Assembly (NCBI GenBank): GCA_965178125.1
Contig: OZ237749.1
Span: 310,001 to 374,000 of the forward strand
Direction: 5' to 3'
Source of the DNA: Bilabrum cf. latius
Lineage: Eukaryota
DNA: 64,000 nt
Both the position numbers and the translations under genes were made by a program. The notes under the pieces were generated by a model. The model saw only the letters and a program-made list of their open reading frames with translations, was not told where the DNA came from and searched no databases. The number at the start of each line of letters is the position of its first letter. Position 1 is the first letter of the stretch. Positions 62,201 to 64,000 of the stretch are shown here, one piece after another.

Positions 62201-64000
62201 AAGCGGTCCTTGGACCTCGACTGTTCCAAGCGACGGCGCAGCTCCTGCTCCTGTTTCTTGGCCCTCTGCTTCTTGCCCATGCCCGGGCGGCGCACCTTGG
62301 TTCTAGCTCGCTTGGCGCTGCGCACGGCCTCGGTTGCAATCTCCATCGCAGCCTCCATGCGGCCTGCAGCTGCAGTGCCCGGCTGAAACACGTCGAACGC
62401 GTCTGCTTCCACCTCTTCCCGCACCATGTCAAGGCGCGACTCGCACTGCTCAAGACGCACGACAGCACCCTGCTCCGTCGAACGCATCGACTGGGCCTTG
62501 GAGCGAGCCCCCTCTCGCAACATCTTTAGTACCTCTGCAGAAGCCTTGCTCCACTGCTCGCAGCCTTCGGATAGCTTCCTGAGGTGCGCCACCGACTCTT
62601 GGTACTCTTGCATGCGGTTCTTCCTCTCTGTCATTGGAACGAATGCGATCACAGAGGCGCGCCTGCCACGGCGTCGCCTCGGCGGGGACGATGAGCGCGG
62701 GCCCGAGAGCGCCATGCCGCCAGCCTTGCCGAATCCATGACCCGCGCCGCCGCCGCCATTACGCTCCAATGCGTGGGCAGCGGCAGCCGCAGCACCAGGT
62801 CGGCGGCCCTCCGCCGCTAGCACTGCCACAAAGTGTGCCTCTGCCGCCGCAGCGCGTGCTCTCCTTGCCTCCGCGATGTCCTTCTGCGCCTGTGCTACGC
62901 GCTCTCTCCACTTGTCTGGAGTTGCCAGCGCCTCGCGGATCTTGCCCCTGTCGGGGGCATCGCTCATGGCGCGGCTTCTGCTGCCGCCGCTCTTGGCAGC
63001 CGCCGCGCGGCCGACCGCCTGCAAGAGGCCGGATTTTACCGCCTCCTCGAAGGCATGGGTGGCTCTCTCAGTGTCCCTGGCCGCGCGGTTGATCTTCTCT
63101 TCTGCTGTTTCCGCGTCGCTCTTCAGCCTCTGAAGCTCAAGGAACAGTTCTGCCCGTCTGCTCTCCACCTCTTCGGTGTGGGCAGTCACCGCCTCCTCCG
63201 CCTCGAAGACGTCCTCTAGCGCGCGATCGAGGGCCTGCTTCAGCCTAGCGAGTGCGTCTTTCTCGTGCGAGGTGACCGCAGGGGTGATGCTGGCCCTGGA
63301 GGCATCGTCCCCAAGCCCTACAGGCGACTCTCCGGGAGGAGGTGCGCCCAAGTGAACAGCGTTATGCTGCGTACGCTCGGCCTGCACAACGGCCTTCTCG
63401 GCCTTGTACTCTGCCTCGAGCTCCGCCTCTTGCTGTGCCTCGAGGACAGCGCGCGCCAGCTCCCTCTCAGGCATCTCTGCCGTGGTCACGCTCCGAGCCG
63501 CAGTGTTCAGCGCGGTCACGGCGGTGGCACCGGCTTCCTTCAGGCGATCGTAGCGCTGAAACTGCGTGACTAGCCTCCGCCTGCACAGCGACATGGTCTG
63601 CGCGGTGCGCAAAAGTTCTATCCTGTGCTGCAGCCTGCCGTACAACACCTCGGCCCGGGCCACTGCGTCCACGGCTGGCGGCACTGACGCCATAAATTCC
63701 TGCTGCAAGGCCCTGTCGAGAGCGCCTGCGCCAGCTAAGCCAGTCATCTTCTCGATGCTGCGGGTACGGGCGAGGCCCCCGGAGCCGGAGAGCCCGCCCG
63801 TGCTGAGCTGTCCTCCTCCTCCCGATCCACCGCTCGCCTTGCTGCTCCCGTCATCATCACCGTCCCCGCCGTTGGCAGCGACATCCCCATCGCCGAATCC
63901 AAGCCCGCCGGACCTGCCCCCAGAGATACCCACCTCTTCCTCGGCCAGCTGCACGGTGGCCATCACGAGGTCGATGTCATCGTCCTCGTCGCTCCACTCT
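59275..64000 (-). CDS. Large coiled-coil/low-complexity protein, 5' end outside the window
   Basis: Track ORFs 60514-63966, 59869-60318 and 59299-59751 are in one frame over TAGs; TGA stop at 59275. Confidence 0.75.

Noticed and set aside
1-64000. Ciliate-type code with both TAA and TAG as Gln
   Set aside because: TAA never appears inside the reconstructed genes. It ends most viral genes at the expected lengths and ends one host gene.
16152-64000. Many overlapping or antisense ORFs in the track (e.g. 24208-25323, 24411-25436, 27002-28249, 44755-45732, 54841-56112)
   Set aside because: They are shadow frames of GC-rich or repetitive real genes and have no motifs of their own.

Overview
The window has two compartments. 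Bases 1 to about 16,151 are a very AT-rich endogenous virophage (Lavidaviridae/Maveriviricetes-like). It carries the packaging ATPase, cysteine protease, penton and major capsid genes in one block, an rve integrase, accessory genes and several non-coding repeats. Its left end and any replication genes lie outside the window. Bases from about 16,152 to 64,000 are GC-rich, gene-dense protist nuclear DNA with sparse GT-AG introns; a Cafeteria-like stramenopile is plausible but is only an inference. The main result is that host and virus both read TAG as a sense codon, most likely glutamine, while TAA and TGA stay stops. Nearly every 'broken' ORF in the supplied track joins its neighbours in frame across TAG alone. 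TAG also occupies positions where homologs have a conserved Gln: the viral protease oxyanion Gln, integrase QADL, CIA30 SDKQEGPF, COQ7, and a GQYQD cysteine-rich repeat. The visible part of the virophage is therefore intact and matched to a host with an uncoupled UAG=Gln / UAA=stop code, not decayed. All CDS coordinates below were re-derived by hand with TAG read as Gln; no database searches were run.
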